A stretch of DNA of 64,000 nucleotides from Macrostomum lignano (Eukaryota): assembly GCA_002269645.1 (NCBI GenBank), contig NIVC01002016.1, positions 1-64,000 of the forward strand, written 5' to 3'. The notes under the pieces are model-generated. The model was given only the letters and a program-made list of their open reading frames with translations. It searched no databases and was not told the origin of the DNA. The translations under genes were made by a program, and so were the position numbers. Below, one piece after another: positions 25,595 through 51,527 of this stretch. Numbering within the stretch: position 1 is the first letter of the stretch; each line of letters opens with the position of its first letter.

Positions 25595-26100
25595 TCAGCC
25601 TCTGCCTTACCCTCTGCCTCACCCTCTGCCTCACCCTCTGCCTCACCCTCTGCCTCACCCTCTGCCTACCACTCTGCCTCACCCTCTGCTTCATCCTCTG
25701 TATCACCCTCTGTCTTACCCTCTGCCTCACCCTCTGCCTCACCCTCTGCCTCATCCTCTGCCTCATTCTCTGCCTCACCCTCTGTCTCATCTTTCGTCTC
25801 ACCCTGTGCCTAACACTCTGCCTCAACCTCTGTCCCACCCTCTCTCTCTGTCACCTTCTGTCTCTCTTACCCTCTGTCTCTGTCCCCCTCTGTCTCTGTG
25901 ACTCTCTGTGGCTCTTACCCTCTGTCTCTGTCACCTTCTGTCTCTCACCCTCTGTCTCCCTCTGCCTCTGTTACCCTCTGCCTCTGTCACTCTCTGTCTC
26001 TGTCCACCCTCTGTCTCTCACCTCTGTCTCTCACCCTCTGTCTCTCACCCTCTGTCTCTCACCCTCTGTCTCTCACCCTCTGTCTCTCACCCTCTGCCTC
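25595..26100. repeat. 12-bp repeat (CTCACCCTCTGC and variants)
   Basis: Directly visible. Confidence 0.93.
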
Positions 26101-26799
26101 TTCCTGTTCCTTTCACTCTCCATCAAGCAGCACTCACTCTAAAAAATCTGCGCTCTCTCACCCAGCCTCCTGCAGACTGAATGATGGAGGATTTCAGGCA
26201 GATTCTGCAGCCCTCCATCCCAGAGCTGTCACTCTAATAGTTCATAACAATAGCCATAGTTAGTCAGCATCGCATGCAGAGAACACGCTTACACTAGCGC
26301 TGCGCGGCTTAACCGCATCATCACTCGTGCTCCAATGGGGGGCTTATCTATTTTATTTATCTATTTATTTATTTCTTGATGGCATCGAACCGCCCGAGCA
26401 CAGGGAAGGGAGCGGCCTGGCTTGGATGAAGATAAATCACTTTCATTCCTGTTCGCATACTTTGCATAATAAATGCCCCACGCATCCGACACCCCCGCCT
26501 ACCAGCCAAGATCTGGGATCGGCAGGTTTTCTCAGGCAGAGGAAGGCAGAAATATGGTTTATCCCTATATATAGCCTCATGTAGAGCTTCGCACAAGTAA
26601 TCCTTAGTTGAGCATAAGCTGGAGGCTGCATACGATGACACGTATTTTTTATTATTTAGAAACAGGTCACTTTCAATTTCCTGATCAATTTTTAAGATTT
26701 TGGCCTAGAATGTAACTATTTTTTCTTTCTGTGAATTAAGAAGGCAAAGGTGGGGACACAGGGATCTGCTCTACGTTTCTCTACGTTTCTGAATCTCTC

Positions 26800-28320
26800 T
26801 CCCTGACCCTGGCCCTGACTCTCTACCTGTCTCCTCCCGTCTCTCCCTGACTCTCTCCCTGACTCTCTCCCTGACTCTCTTCCTGACTCTCTTCCTGACT
26901 CTCTCCCTGACTCTCTCCCTGACTCTCTCCCTGACTCTCTCTCCCTGACTCTCTCCCTGACTCTCTCCCTGACTCTCTCCCTGACTCTCTCCCTGACTCT
27001 CTCTCCCTGACTCTCTCCCTGACTCTCTCCCTGACTCTCTCCCTGACTCTCTCTCCCTGACTCTCTCCCTGACTCTCTCCCTGACTCTCTCCCTGACTCT
27101 CTCCCTGACTCTCTTCCTTACTCTCTTCCTGACTCTCTTCCTGACTCTCTCCCTGACTCTCTCCCTGACTCTCTCCCTGACTCTCTCCCTGACTCTCTCC
27201 CTGACTCTCTCCCTGACTCTCTCCCTGACTCTCTCCCTGACTCTCTCCCTGACTCTCTCCCTGACTCTCTTCCTGACTCTCTCCCTGACTCTCTCCCTGT
27301 CTCCTCACGTCTCTCTTTCATCCTGACTCTCTCTCCCTGACTCTCCCTGACTATCTCCCTGACTCTCTCCCTGACTCTCTCCCTGACTCTCTTCCTGACT
27401 CTCTTCCTGACTCTCTCCCTGACTCTCTCCCTGACTCTCTCCCTGACTCTCTCTCCCTGACTCTCTCCCTGACTCTCTCCCTGACTCTCTCCCTGACTCT
27501 CTCCCTGACTCTCTCTCCCTGACTCTCTCCCTGACTCTCTCCCTGACTCTCTCCCTGACTCTCTCTCCCTGACTCTCTCCCTGACTCTCTCCCTGACTCT
27601 CTCCCTGACTCTCTCCCTGACTCTCTTCCTTACTCTCTTCCTGACTCTCTTCCTGACTCTCTCCCTGACTCTCTCCCTGACTCTCTCCCTGACTCTCTCC
27701 CTGACTCTCTCCCTGACTCTCTCCCTGACTCTCTCCCTGACTCTCTCCCTGACTCTCTCCCTGACTCTCTCCCTGACTCTCTTCCTGACTCTCTCCCTGA
27801 CTCTCTCCCTGTCTCCTCACGTCTCTCTTTCATCCTGACTCTCTCTCCCTGACTCTCCCTGACTATCTCCCTGACTCTCTCCCTGACTCTCTCCCTGACT
27901 CTCTTCCTGACTCTCTCCCTGACTCTCTCCCTGACTCTCTCCCTGTCTCCTCACGTCTCTCTTTCATCCTGACTCTCTCTCCCTGACTCTCCCTGACTAT
28001 CTCCCTGACTCTCTCCCTGACTCTCTCCCTGACTCTCTCCCTGACTCTCTCCCTGACTCTCTCCCTGAATCTCTCCCTGACTCTCTCCCTGACTCTCTTC
28101 CTGACTCTCTCCCTGACTCTCTCCCTGACTCTCTTCCTGACTCTCTCCCTGATTCTCTCCCTGACTCTCTCACTGGCTCCTCCCGTCTTTATTTCATCCT
28201 GACTCTCACCCTGACTCTCCCCTGACTCTCACCCTGACTCTCGCTCTGACTCTCACCCTGACTCTCACCCTGACTCTCACCCTGACTCTCACCCTGACTC
28301 TCACGCTGACTCTCTCCCCG
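26800..28320. repeat. 12-bp repeat (CTGACTCTCTCC) with a 512-bp higher-order duplication
   Basis: Landmark GTCTCCTCACGTCTCTCTTTCATCC recurs; identical ORF translations are offset by 512 nt. Confidence 0.96.
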
Positions 28321-29404
28321 ACTCTCTCTTGTATCATATTTCCTTTTTCTCACTCTGACTCCCTCTTATTCATCCCATCTTACCCACTCTCTCACCCTGT
28401 CTCTCCCTATTAAATTTTATTCCTCTAACACCATCTCGCTGTCTCTCTCACCCCCAGTTTCTCTATCCCAGTCTCCATCTCCATCTCACTCGGACTCACT
28501 TTTCTATCAGCGCTTCTTTCTATCCTTTGTCTTCAGCAAGGTTCTCTGTTGCTCAGTCTACCCCTAATCCCGTGTCTCGGCGGGCTTCTTTTGCACCATT
28601 AATTTTTCTACCCACCGCTTCTTCTTCTTCTTCTTCTTTTGGTTCTTCTCGCCGCCCTCTCTGTGCCGTTCCCCGCCCTCGATCAGTCATCTGCGAGTTA
28701 ATGTCCCGGGAAGAAGAGCACTAGTTGGTAGTCTGGCGGGCCGGTGGCGGCACAGGGCTGCGGCAGCTGCGTGGCCCGAGGGGACAAGTAGACAGTCGCC
28801 GCTGCTGCGGAACTTTTTTTTCGGGGAACATTTTCCCCCGTCTAAATATCCCCATCTATCCGCGCTATGGACGAGTTCAGCTGGTGAGGAAGGCAGGAAA
28901 TGAGCGGCGGAGGATCTCTCTCGCGGCCGCTGCGGACCCATGAGCAGTTCGCCTTTTTTCGGACTCTCCCAGCTAAACTGTTTCCGCCGCCAGCTTCTGT
29001 CCAACTGACACCAGAGGAGGGCCGGGCAGTTGAGAGCAGTTGAAAAGTGCTCGCTGGTTACTGACTCGCTTCCTATGGGTTAATCCCCCTTCGAACTCGG
29101 CAGGTCGGTGCAGCAATTAGCAGTGGGATTGGGGCTGTCCCAATCCATGCTTATCGAGTGCCTCACAGAATAAGTGACTTTGCTAGGAGAATTTAGAGCG
29201 GCGAAATTTTGCAACGGTGCAATCTGAGTCGTTGCTACATCGCTGGGGGATTTACAACTGAGCTGAGATCGATGCCTTCTCCCAGTTTTGCATTGATCTG
29301 CTGTTTGGTGTCTGCAGCGACTTCGCCTCTGAGTTCTGTCGTATTCTGTCGTAGTTCTGAGTTCAGTAGGTCACCGGTTGATTTTGTTCTGTCGTATCCT
29401 GTTA

Positions 29405-31312
29405 GCTAGATTAGCAATCCATAGAATAGATTAGCAATCCATTGAATAGATTAACAATCCATTGACTAGATTAGCAATCCATAGAATAGATTAGCAATAC
29501 ATTGAATAGATTAACAATCCATTGACTAGATTAGCTATCCATTGAATAGATTAACAATCCATTGACTAGATTAGCAAACCATAGAATAGATTAGCAATCC
29601 ATTGAATAGATTAACAATCCATTGACTAGATTAGCTATCCATTGAATAGATTAACAATCCATTGACTAGATTAGCAATCCATAGAATAGATTAGCAATCC
29701 ATTGAATAGATTAACAATCCATTGACTAGATTAGCTATCCATTGAATAGATTAACAATCCATTGACTAGATTAGCAATCCATACACTATATTATCAACCC
29801 ATAGACTAGATTAGGAATCCATAGACTAGATTAGCTATCCATAAACTAGATTAGCAATCCATAGACTATATTATCAACCCATAGACTAGATTAGGAATCC
29901 ATAGACTAGATTAGCTATCCATAAACTAGATTAGCAATCCATAGACTAGATTAGCAATCCATAGACTAGATTAGCTATCCATAAACTAGATTAGCAATCA
30001 ATAGACTAGATTAGCTATCTATAGACTAGATTAGCTATCTATAGACTAGATTAGCTATCTATAGACTAGATTAGCTATCTATAGACTAGATTACCATGTA
30101 GCAATCTATAGACTAGATTACCGGTAGCAATCTATAGACTAGATTACCGGTAGCAATCTATAGACTAGATTACCGGTAGCAATCTATAGACTAGATTACC
30201 GGTAGCAATTTATAGACTAGATTACCGGTAGCAATCTATAGACTAGATTACCGGTAGCAATTTATAGACTAGATTACCGGTAGCAATCTATAGACTAGAT
30301 TACCGGTAGCAATCTATAGACTAGATTACCGGTAGCAATCTATAGACTAGATTACCGGTAGCAATCTATAGACTAGATTACCGGTAGCAATCTATAGACT
30401 AGATTACCGGTAGCAATTTATAGACTAGATTACCGGTAGCAATCTATAGACTAGATTACCGGTAGCAATCTATAGACTAGATTACCGGTAGCAATCTATA
30501 GACTAGATTACCGGTAGCAATCTATAGACTAGATTACCGGTAGCAATCTATAGACTAGATTACCGGTAGCAATCTATAGACTAGATTACCGGTAGCAATC
30601 TATAGACTAGATTACCGGTAGCAATCTTTAGACTAGATTACCGGTAGCAATCTATAGACTAGATTACCGGTAGCAATCTATAGACTAGATTACCGGTAGC
30701 AATCTATAGACTAGATTACCGGTAGCAATTTATAGACTAGATTACCGGTAGCAATCTATAGACTAGATTACCGGTAGCAATTTATAGACTAGATTACCGG
30801 TAGCAATCTATAGACTAGATTACCGGTAGCAATCTATAGACTAGATTACCGGTAGCAATCTATAGACTAGATTACCGGTAGCAATCTATAGACTAGATTA
30901 CCGGTAGCAATCTATAGACTAGATTACCGGTAGCAATTTATAGACTAGATTACCGGTAGCAATCTATAGACTAGATTACCGGTAGCAATCTATAGACTAG
31001 ATTACCGGTAGCAATCTATAGACTAGATTACCGGTAGCAATCTATAGACTAGATTACCGGTAGCAATCTATAGACTAGATTACCGGTAGCAATCTATAGA
31101 CTAGATTACCGGTAGCAATCTATAGACTAGATTACCGGTAGCAATCTTTAGACTAGATTACCGGTAGCAATCTATAGACTAGATTACCGGTAGCAATCTA
31201 TAGACTAGATTACCGGTAGCAATCTATAGACTAGATTACCGGTAGCAATTTATAGACTAGATTACCGGTAGCAATCTATAGACTAGATTACCGGTAGCAA
31301 TCTATAGACTAG
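29405..31312. repeat. Composite array: 20-bp units (TAGATTAGCAATCCATAGAC type) switching near 30090 to 26-bp units (CTAGATTACCGGTAGCAATCTATAGA)
   Basis: Directly visible. Confidence 0.97.
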
Positions 31313-31949
31313 GTTAGTAAAGGATTTTACTTTCCAGGCGGATGCAACACAGTTACCTATCAGAAAAGCACGCGTTAACACCCGCTTGTCCCCTCAACTC
31401 GGACAAGAAGCTCTCTGTAAATCATAAATCTCAATGACCTTGTACTGTACCCGAACAGTTTTGTTTCCAATGGGAAGGAAGCTTGAAAGCGGCAAAAGCG
31501 ATTTCCAGGGCCAGCAGTTGGAAAAACCGGCATGAGGGTGCATAAATCAGAGCGGAGCGAGACTGGGGCAAGGTCCAGCATCTTTTTAGAATTTTTTGAA
31601 GAATTTTAGCGGCATCCTTTGTTAAACTGGAGCTGTAGCAAGATCCAGAACTGGAGCAGCAACTCATCGACAACTCACCAGCCATTTTCAGTTTCGCGCA
31701 CAAAAGGCTACAAATAAACAAACTACTAATAAAAAGAGTCCTACGTATACAAGTAAACAAGAAACTAAAAATAGAAAAAAAGCTACAAATTAATAAAAGC
31801 CTTCAATAAACAAAGAACTAGAAATAGACAAAAAAACAAATAAACTACAAATAAACAAAACCTACAAACAACTACAAATAAAAATAAATCAAAGCACAAA
31901 ACTGAAAAAAATACCATACGGAAAAATTATTCAAGCATAAGCCAGATTA

Positions 31950-33805
31950 CAAATCCATAGACTAAATTAGCAATCCATATAGAATAGATTAGCAATCCAT
32001 ATAGAATCGATTAGCAATCCATATAGAATCGATTAGCAATCCATATAGAATAGATTAGCAATCCATATAGAATAGATTAGCAATCCATATAGAATAGATT
32101 AGCAATCCATATAGAATAGATTAGCAATCCATATAGAATCGATTAGCAATCCATATAGAATAGATTAGCAATCCATATAGAATAGATTAGCAATCCATAT
32201 AGAATAGATTAGCAATCCATATAGAATAGATTAGCAATCCATATAGAATAGATTAGCAATCCATATAGAATCGATTAGCAATCCATATAGAATAGATTAG
32301 CAATCCATATAGAATAGATTAGCAATCCATATAGAATATATTAGCAATCCATATAGAATAGATTAGCAATCCATATAGAATCGATTAGCAATCCATATAG
32401 AATAGATTAGCAATCCATATAGAATAGATTAGCAATCCATATAGAATAGATTAGCAATCCATATAGAATAGATTAGCAATCCATATAGAATAGATTAGCA
32501 ATCCATATAGAATAGATTAGCAATCCATATAGAATAGATTAGCAATCCATATAGAATAGATTAGCAATCCATATAGAATAGATTAGCAATCCATATAGAA
32601 TAGATTAGCAATCCATATAGAATAGATTAGCAATCCATATAGAATATATTAGCAATCCATATAGAATAGATTAGCAATCCATATAGAATCGATTAGCAAT
32701 CCATATAGAATAGATTAGCAATCCATATAGAATAGATTAGCAATCCATATAGAATAGATTAGCAATCCATATAGAATAGATTAGCAATCCATATAGAATA
32801 GATTAGCAATCCATATAGAATAGATTAGCAATCCATATAGAATAGATTAGCAATCCATATAGAATAGATTAGCAATACATATAGAATAGATTAGCAATCC
32901 ATATAGAATAGATTAGCAATCCATATAGAATAGATTAGCAATCCATATAGAATAGATTAGCAATCCATATAGAATAGATTAGCAATCCATATAGAATAGA
33001 TTAGCAATCCATATAGAATAGATTAGCAATCCATATAGAATATATTAGCAATCCATATAGAATAGATTAACAATCTATATAGAATAGATTAGCAATCCAT
33101 ATAGAATAGATTAGCAATCCATATAGAATAGATTAGCAATCCATATAGAATAGATTAGCAATCCATATAGAATAGATTAACAATCTATATAGAATAGATT
33201 AGCAATCCATATAGAATAGATTAGCAATCCATATAGAATAGATTAGCAATCCATATAGAATAGATTCGCAATCCATATAGAATGGATTAGCAATCCATAT
33301 AGAATAGATTAGCAATCCATATAGAATAGATTAGCAATCCATATAGAATGGATTAGCAATCCATATAGAATAGATTAGCAATCCATATAGAATAGATTAG
33401 CAATCCACATAGAATAGATTAGCAATCCATATAGAATAGATTAGCAATCCATATAGAATAGATTAGCAATCCATATAGAACAGATTAACAATCTATATAG
33501 AATAGATTAGCAATCCATATAGAATAGATTAGCAATCCATATAGACTAGATTAGCAATCCATATAGACTAGTTTAGAAATCCATATAGAATAGATTAGCA
33601 ATCCATATAGAATAGATTAGCAATCCATATAGAATAGATTAGCAATCCAAATAGAATAGATTAGCAATCCATATAGAATAGATTAGCAATCCATATAGAA
33701 TAGATTAGCAATCCATATAGAATAGATTAGCAATCCATATAGAATAGATTAGCAATCCATATAGAATAGATTAGCAATCCAAATAGAATAGATTAGCAAT
33801 CCATA
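31950..33805. repeat. Highly homogeneous 22-bp minisatellite (ATAGAATAGATTAGCAATCCAT)
   Basis: Directly visible. Confidence 0.98.
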
Positions 33806-34309
33806 TTTTGCCGTTTGAATTAAGACCAAGTTTATAAAAAAAGCTGCTCAATTGAACCAAATTTATGGTAAATTTAGCAACAGGAGCTACAATTGAAGAA
33901 AGCCGCCTAAGTTGCCTTTCTTTTGAGTGCAAAACTGAACTACAGTAAACCTACGGTTGTCTGAAAATGCTGAGTTGAGGGGGGGTGAGTTGTCACTCCA
34001 CGTCTTGCTTCTGGGCGTCGGACGGCAGTGGGAGAGTGGGATTGAAAGCGTGTCGAGCAGCTTAAGTTGAGAGGCTCTATAAGAAGCTTTCCGCGTAGGG
34101 ATTCTGTGCTGTCGGGATTCTGTGCTTCATAGTTGTTCTTCAATTCATAGATATACTCAGTCTCACTCGCGTCTTGCTAAGAAGTTTTCTCACGCTTTTA
34201 AATGAAGACTTATCAAGACACGGCCTCACTCTGCTGTTCTGAATTTCACATTTCACAATATGAAATAGCAGTTGGGGTTGTGAAATCGGGGCAGTTGGGG
34301 TGCAAAGCT

Positions 34310-35245
34310 TGGGGTGTGAAGTTTGGGATTTGGAAGTTTAGGGATGTGAAATTTGGGGATGTGAAGTTTGGAGGTGTGAAGTTTGGAGGTGTGAAGTTTG
34401 AAGATGTGAATTTGGGGATGTGAAGTTTGAAGATGTGAAGTTTGAGGATGTGAAGTTTGGGGTGTGAAGTTTGGGGGTGTGAAGTTTGGAGATTTGAAGT
34501 TTGAGTATGTGAAGTTCGGGGATGTGAAGTTTGGAGGTGTGAAGTTCGGGGATGTGAAGTTCGGGGATGTGAAGGTTGGGGATGTGAAGGTTGGGGATGT
34601 GAAGTTTGGGTTTGTGAAGTTTGGGGGATGTGAAGTTCGGGGATGTGAAGTTTGGAGGTGTGAAGTTTGAGGATGTGAAGTTTGTGGCATGAAGTTCGGG
34701 GATGTGAAGGTTGGGGATGTGAAGTTCGGGGATGTGAAGGTTGGGGATGTGAAGTTTGGGTTTGTGAAGTTTGGGGGATGTGAAGTTCGGGGATGTGAAG
34801 TTTGGAGGTGTGAAGTTGGAGTATGTGAAGTTTGTGGCATGAAGTTCGGGGATGTGAAGTTCGGGGATGTGAAGGTTGGGGATGTGAAGTTTGGGTTTGT
34901 GAAGTTTGGGGGATGTGAAGTTCGGGGATGTGAAGTTTGGAGGTGTGAATTTTGAGGATGTGAAGTTTGTGGTATGAAGTTCGGGGATGTGAAGGTTGGG
35001 GATGTGAAGTTCGGGGATGTGAAGGTTTGGGATGTGAAGTTTGGGTTTGTGAAGTTTGGGGGATGTGAAGTTCGGGGATGTGAAGTTTGGAGGTGTGAAG
35101 TTTGAGGATGTGAAGTTTGTGGCATGAAGTTCGGGGATGTGAAGTTCGGGGATGTGAAGGTTGGGGATGTGAAGTTTGGGTTTGTGAAGTTTGGGGTGTG
35201 AAGTTTGGGGTGTGAAGTTTGGGGATGTGAATTTTAGGGATGTAA
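34310..35245. repeat. 15-bp G-rich repeat (GTGAAGTTTGGGGAT)
   Basis: Directly visible. Confidence 0.96.
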
Positions 35246-35711
35246 AGCTTGATTGATACTAAGTCGTGAACGTGAGGGATAGGGCGTGGGCGTGAAAGGT
35301 TCCCATTTTCACGCAGGCTGCCCGCCCTCTGGTCTGCTTGTTTCTGGCCGACGGAGTAAGCGAGTGAGGTGCAAGCAATATTTCATTGATTGGCCATTCG
35401 GAACAATTCTTATCTGGCCTGATATGGGCGGCCAGCTTCAAAGCTGTTTTGGTCGTAAATTCTGTAATGTGTGACAAAGTGTTGGGGTCACGAAGGCAGT
35501 TTGACCTCCTCCTTTGCGTGTGGCAATATATCCAAGCACTGGGGATTTGGTTTCAGAGCGATAGTATCTGTATTAGTAGTGTCTTACGGTTTTTAAATAA
35601 GTGCCAGATATGACTAAATAAAGTGTCAGATAGCGCCGCAATAAGTGTCAGATAGTGCTGACATAGATGTCAGATGCAAGGACTACCTAAGTAGATGGAC
35701 TGGAAACCTCA

Positions 35712-36215
35712 TTTCTTGGAAAACTTTTGAAGGCAGGTTTTTCCAAAGAAATACACTACGGAGATAGGAAGTTTTCATTTTTCAGCACAAAAAATGTTAT
35801 TGCTTTCGATAGGAGGCAGACCAAATGTTCATCTTTTGATAAGTTGTGCCTTTGTTATAGCTCTATTGATATTAATAAAGCTTTTGTTTAAAAAATTAGG
35901 ATTATATGTTAGCTTTTTATTCTACGTACATTCCCTGTACCTAAAAATCATAAAAATGCTATATTAATGATTTTTATAGGCACAGGACATGCAAATGTAC
36001 GTAGAAAAAAATAACATAGAATCCTAATTTTCTGAACGAAAAGTTTTTGAAAATATCAATATAGCTATTAGAAAGGCAAAATATATTCAAAGATGAACAC
36101 TGGGGTCTGCCTCCTATCAAAAGCAATAACAATTATTGTGCTGAAAAAATGAAACTTCCAATCTCCGTAGTGCATTTTTCTGCGAAAACCAGCCTTTTAA
36201 ATATTTTCTAAGAAA
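35712..36215. repeat. Long imperfect inverted repeat (foldback/MITE-like), ~240-bp arms, ~15-nt loop
   Basis: CTACGGAGATAGGAAGTTTTCATTTTTCAGCAC...GATAGGAGGCAGACC pairs with GGTCTGCCTCCTATC...GTGCTGAAAAAATGAAACTTCCAATCTCCGTAG; centre AAAAATCAT..ATGATTTTT near 35960. Confidence 0.88.
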
Positions 36216-36234
36216 CGTCCTTCTACTTGAGTAC

Positions 36235-36885
36235 TTAAGCTGTCAGATGGTACTGAAGTAGGTGTCAGATGGTACTGAAGTAGGTGTCAGATGGTACTCA
36301 AGTAGCTGTCAGATGGTACTGAAGTAGCTGTCAGATGGTATTGAAGTAGCTGTCAGATGGTATTGAAGTAGCTGTCAGATGGTATTGAAGTAGCTGTCAG
36401 ATGGATTGAAGTAGGTGTCAGATGGTACTGAAGTAGGTGTCAGATGGTACTGAAGTAGGTGTCAGATGGTACTCAAGTAGCTGTCAGATGGTACTGAAGT
36501 AGCTGTCAGATGGTATTGAAGTAGCTGTCAGATGGTATTGAAGTAGCTGTCAGATGGTATTGAAGTAGGTGTCAGATGGATTGAAGTAGGTGTCAGATGG
36601 TACTGAAGTAGGTGTCAGATGGTACTGAAGTAGGTGTCAGATGGTACTCAAGTAGCTGTCAGATGGTACTGAAGTAGCTGCCAGATGATACTGAAGTAGC
36701 TGTCAGATGGTACTGAAGTAGCTGTCAGATGGTATTGAAGTAGATGTCCGATGTTAATTGAATTAAATATTAGATGGTACTGAAGTAGGTGTCAGATGGT
36801 ACTGAAGTAGATGTCAGATGGTGCTGAAGTAGCTGTCAGATGGTACTGAAGTAGCTGTCAGATGATACTGAAGTAGATGTCAACG
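36235..36885. repeat. 22-bp minisatellite (CTGTCAGATGGTACTGAAGTAG)
   Basis: Directly visible. Confidence 0.96.
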
Positions 36886-37050
36886 CTAGAGTAGGTGTCA
36901 GGAGTGTACAAGCTTCTTTACTTTTCTGGATAGCAGCTTGGTACGACCTAAAGTGAATTCAAATTCTTCCCTTGCTACTGTTGAGTAGGCTATCACCGTT
37001 ATCCGCAAATTATCCCCCAGCCTCCGCCGCCCACCGCCCCCGTCAGCAGG

Positions 37051-49651
<12,601 letters not shown>

Positions 49652-49844
49652 TTGCTTCAATCTCTATTGAGGCTTGTTAACAAGTCTTTGTCTGGGCAAT
49701 CAAATACGCTAACTTCTGGTTATTTTTATACGGACCTTTAAATTAGTGAATGAGTTCTCAAGAACTGGTGAATCAGTTCACAAGTTTTAAAGTCAGATAA
49801 TCATTGGTGAATGAGGTCAAAATATTTGGTAAATAAGTGCACAA

Positions 49845-50210
49845 CAGTGGGTGAGTGAGTTCACGACAGAGGGTGGGTGAGTTCACGACAGTTGGTGGGT
49901 GAGTTCACGATAGTGGGTGAATGAGTTTACGACAGTGGGTGAATGAGTGCACGACAGTGGGTGAATGAGTGCACGACAGTGGGTGAATGAGTGCACGACA
50001 GTGGGTGAGTGAGTGCACGACAGTGGGTGAATGAGTGCACGACAGTGGGTGAATGAGTGCACGACAGTGGGTGAATGAGTGCACGACAGTGGGTGAATGA
50101 GTGCACGACAGTGGGTGAATGAGTGCACGACAGTGGGTGAATGAGTGCACGACAGTGGGTGAATGAGTGCACGACAGTGGGTGAATGAGTGCACGACAGT
50201 GGGTGAATGA
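49845..50210. repeat. 22-bp minisatellite (GTGCACGACAGTGGGTGAATGA)
   Basis: Directly visible. Confidence 0.96.
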
Positions 50211-50669
50211 ATGCACTTTCCATGCGCACATTCGGACAAGTGATTTTTCGACAGCCGAAATCAATTTAACTAACTTCTTCAAACAGCCAACCATTCATTG
50301 GATAAATTTTGTTTCTTGTCAGAGTTGCGATTGCGAATTTTTGCGGCCTGAGACGAATTCTATTACTAAGAAGTAGTCAATTACTCATCTACACTGCTGT
50401 AAATACTCTAGTAAAATAATTTGATATTCATCTTTAGTTTCTAAGTGTCATTTAAATTTAAATTTTAGCTTTATCTTTCTTTTCAATACATTTGCATTGT
50501 TGTAGGGGTAATCAAGTTTAATGGAAAATTAAATAATCTGCTAAAATTAACAGACGAGCTGATCTAGTATATAATAAACAAGCGCAGCAACATTTAAATC
50601 GTCTTCTAAGTACAAAAAAAACTTTTCTAGGAATAATAATAAATTTTCTCTTTTCCGTGCTCTTCCCTC

Positions 50670-51527
50670 TCTGATATCCTCTCACTGATCTCCCCTCTCT
50701 GATCTCCCCTCTCTGATCTACCCTCTCTGATCTCCCCTCTCTGATCTCCCCTCTTTGATCTCCCCTCTCTGATCTCCCCTCTCTGATCTACCCTCTCTGA
50801 TCTACCCTCTCTGATCTACCCTCTCTGATCTACCCTCTCTGATCTACCCTCTCTGATCTACCCTCTCTGATCTCCCCTCTCTGATCTCCCCTCTCTGATC
50901 TACCCTCTCTGATCTCCCCTCTTTGATCTCCCCTTTCTGATCTCCCCTCTCTGATCTACCCTCTCTGATCTCCCCTCTCTGATCTCCCCTCTCTGATCTA
51001 CCCTCTCTGATCTACCCTCTCTGATCTCCCCTCTCTGATCTACCCTCTCTGATCTCCCCTCTTTGATCTCCCCTTTCTGATCTCCCCTCTCTGATCTACC
51101 CTCTCTGATCTCCCCTCTCTGATCTCCCCTCTCTGATCTACCCTCTCTGATCTACCTTCTTTGATCTCCCCTTTCTGATCTCCCCTCTATGATCTACCCT
51201 CTCTGATCTTCCCTCTCTGATCTCCCCTCTCTGATCTACCCTCTCTGATCTACCTTCTTTGATCTCCCCTTTCTGATCTCCCCTCTCTGATCTACCCTCT
51301 CTGATCTTCCCTCTCTGATCTCCCCTCTTTGATCTCCCCTTTCTGATCTCCCCTCTCTGATCTCCCCTCTCTGATCTACCCTCTTTGATCTCCCCTTTCT
51401 GATCTCCCCTCTCTGATCTCCCCTCTCTGATCTACCCTCTCTGATCTCCCCTCTCTGATCTCCCCTCTTTGATCTCCCCTCTCTGATCCCCCCTCTCTGA
51501 TCTCCCCTCTCTAATCTCCCCTCTCTT
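50670..51527. repeat. 14-bp minisatellite (TCTGATCTCCCCTC)
   Basis: Directly visible. Confidence 0.97.

Noticed and set aside
29405-33805. CRISPR-like arrays of palindromic repeats
   Set aside because: No unique spacers, no cas genes, eukaryotic context; units are head-to-tail.
34253-35125. NFTSP-repeat mucin-like ORF
   Set aside because: 15-bp satellite translation.
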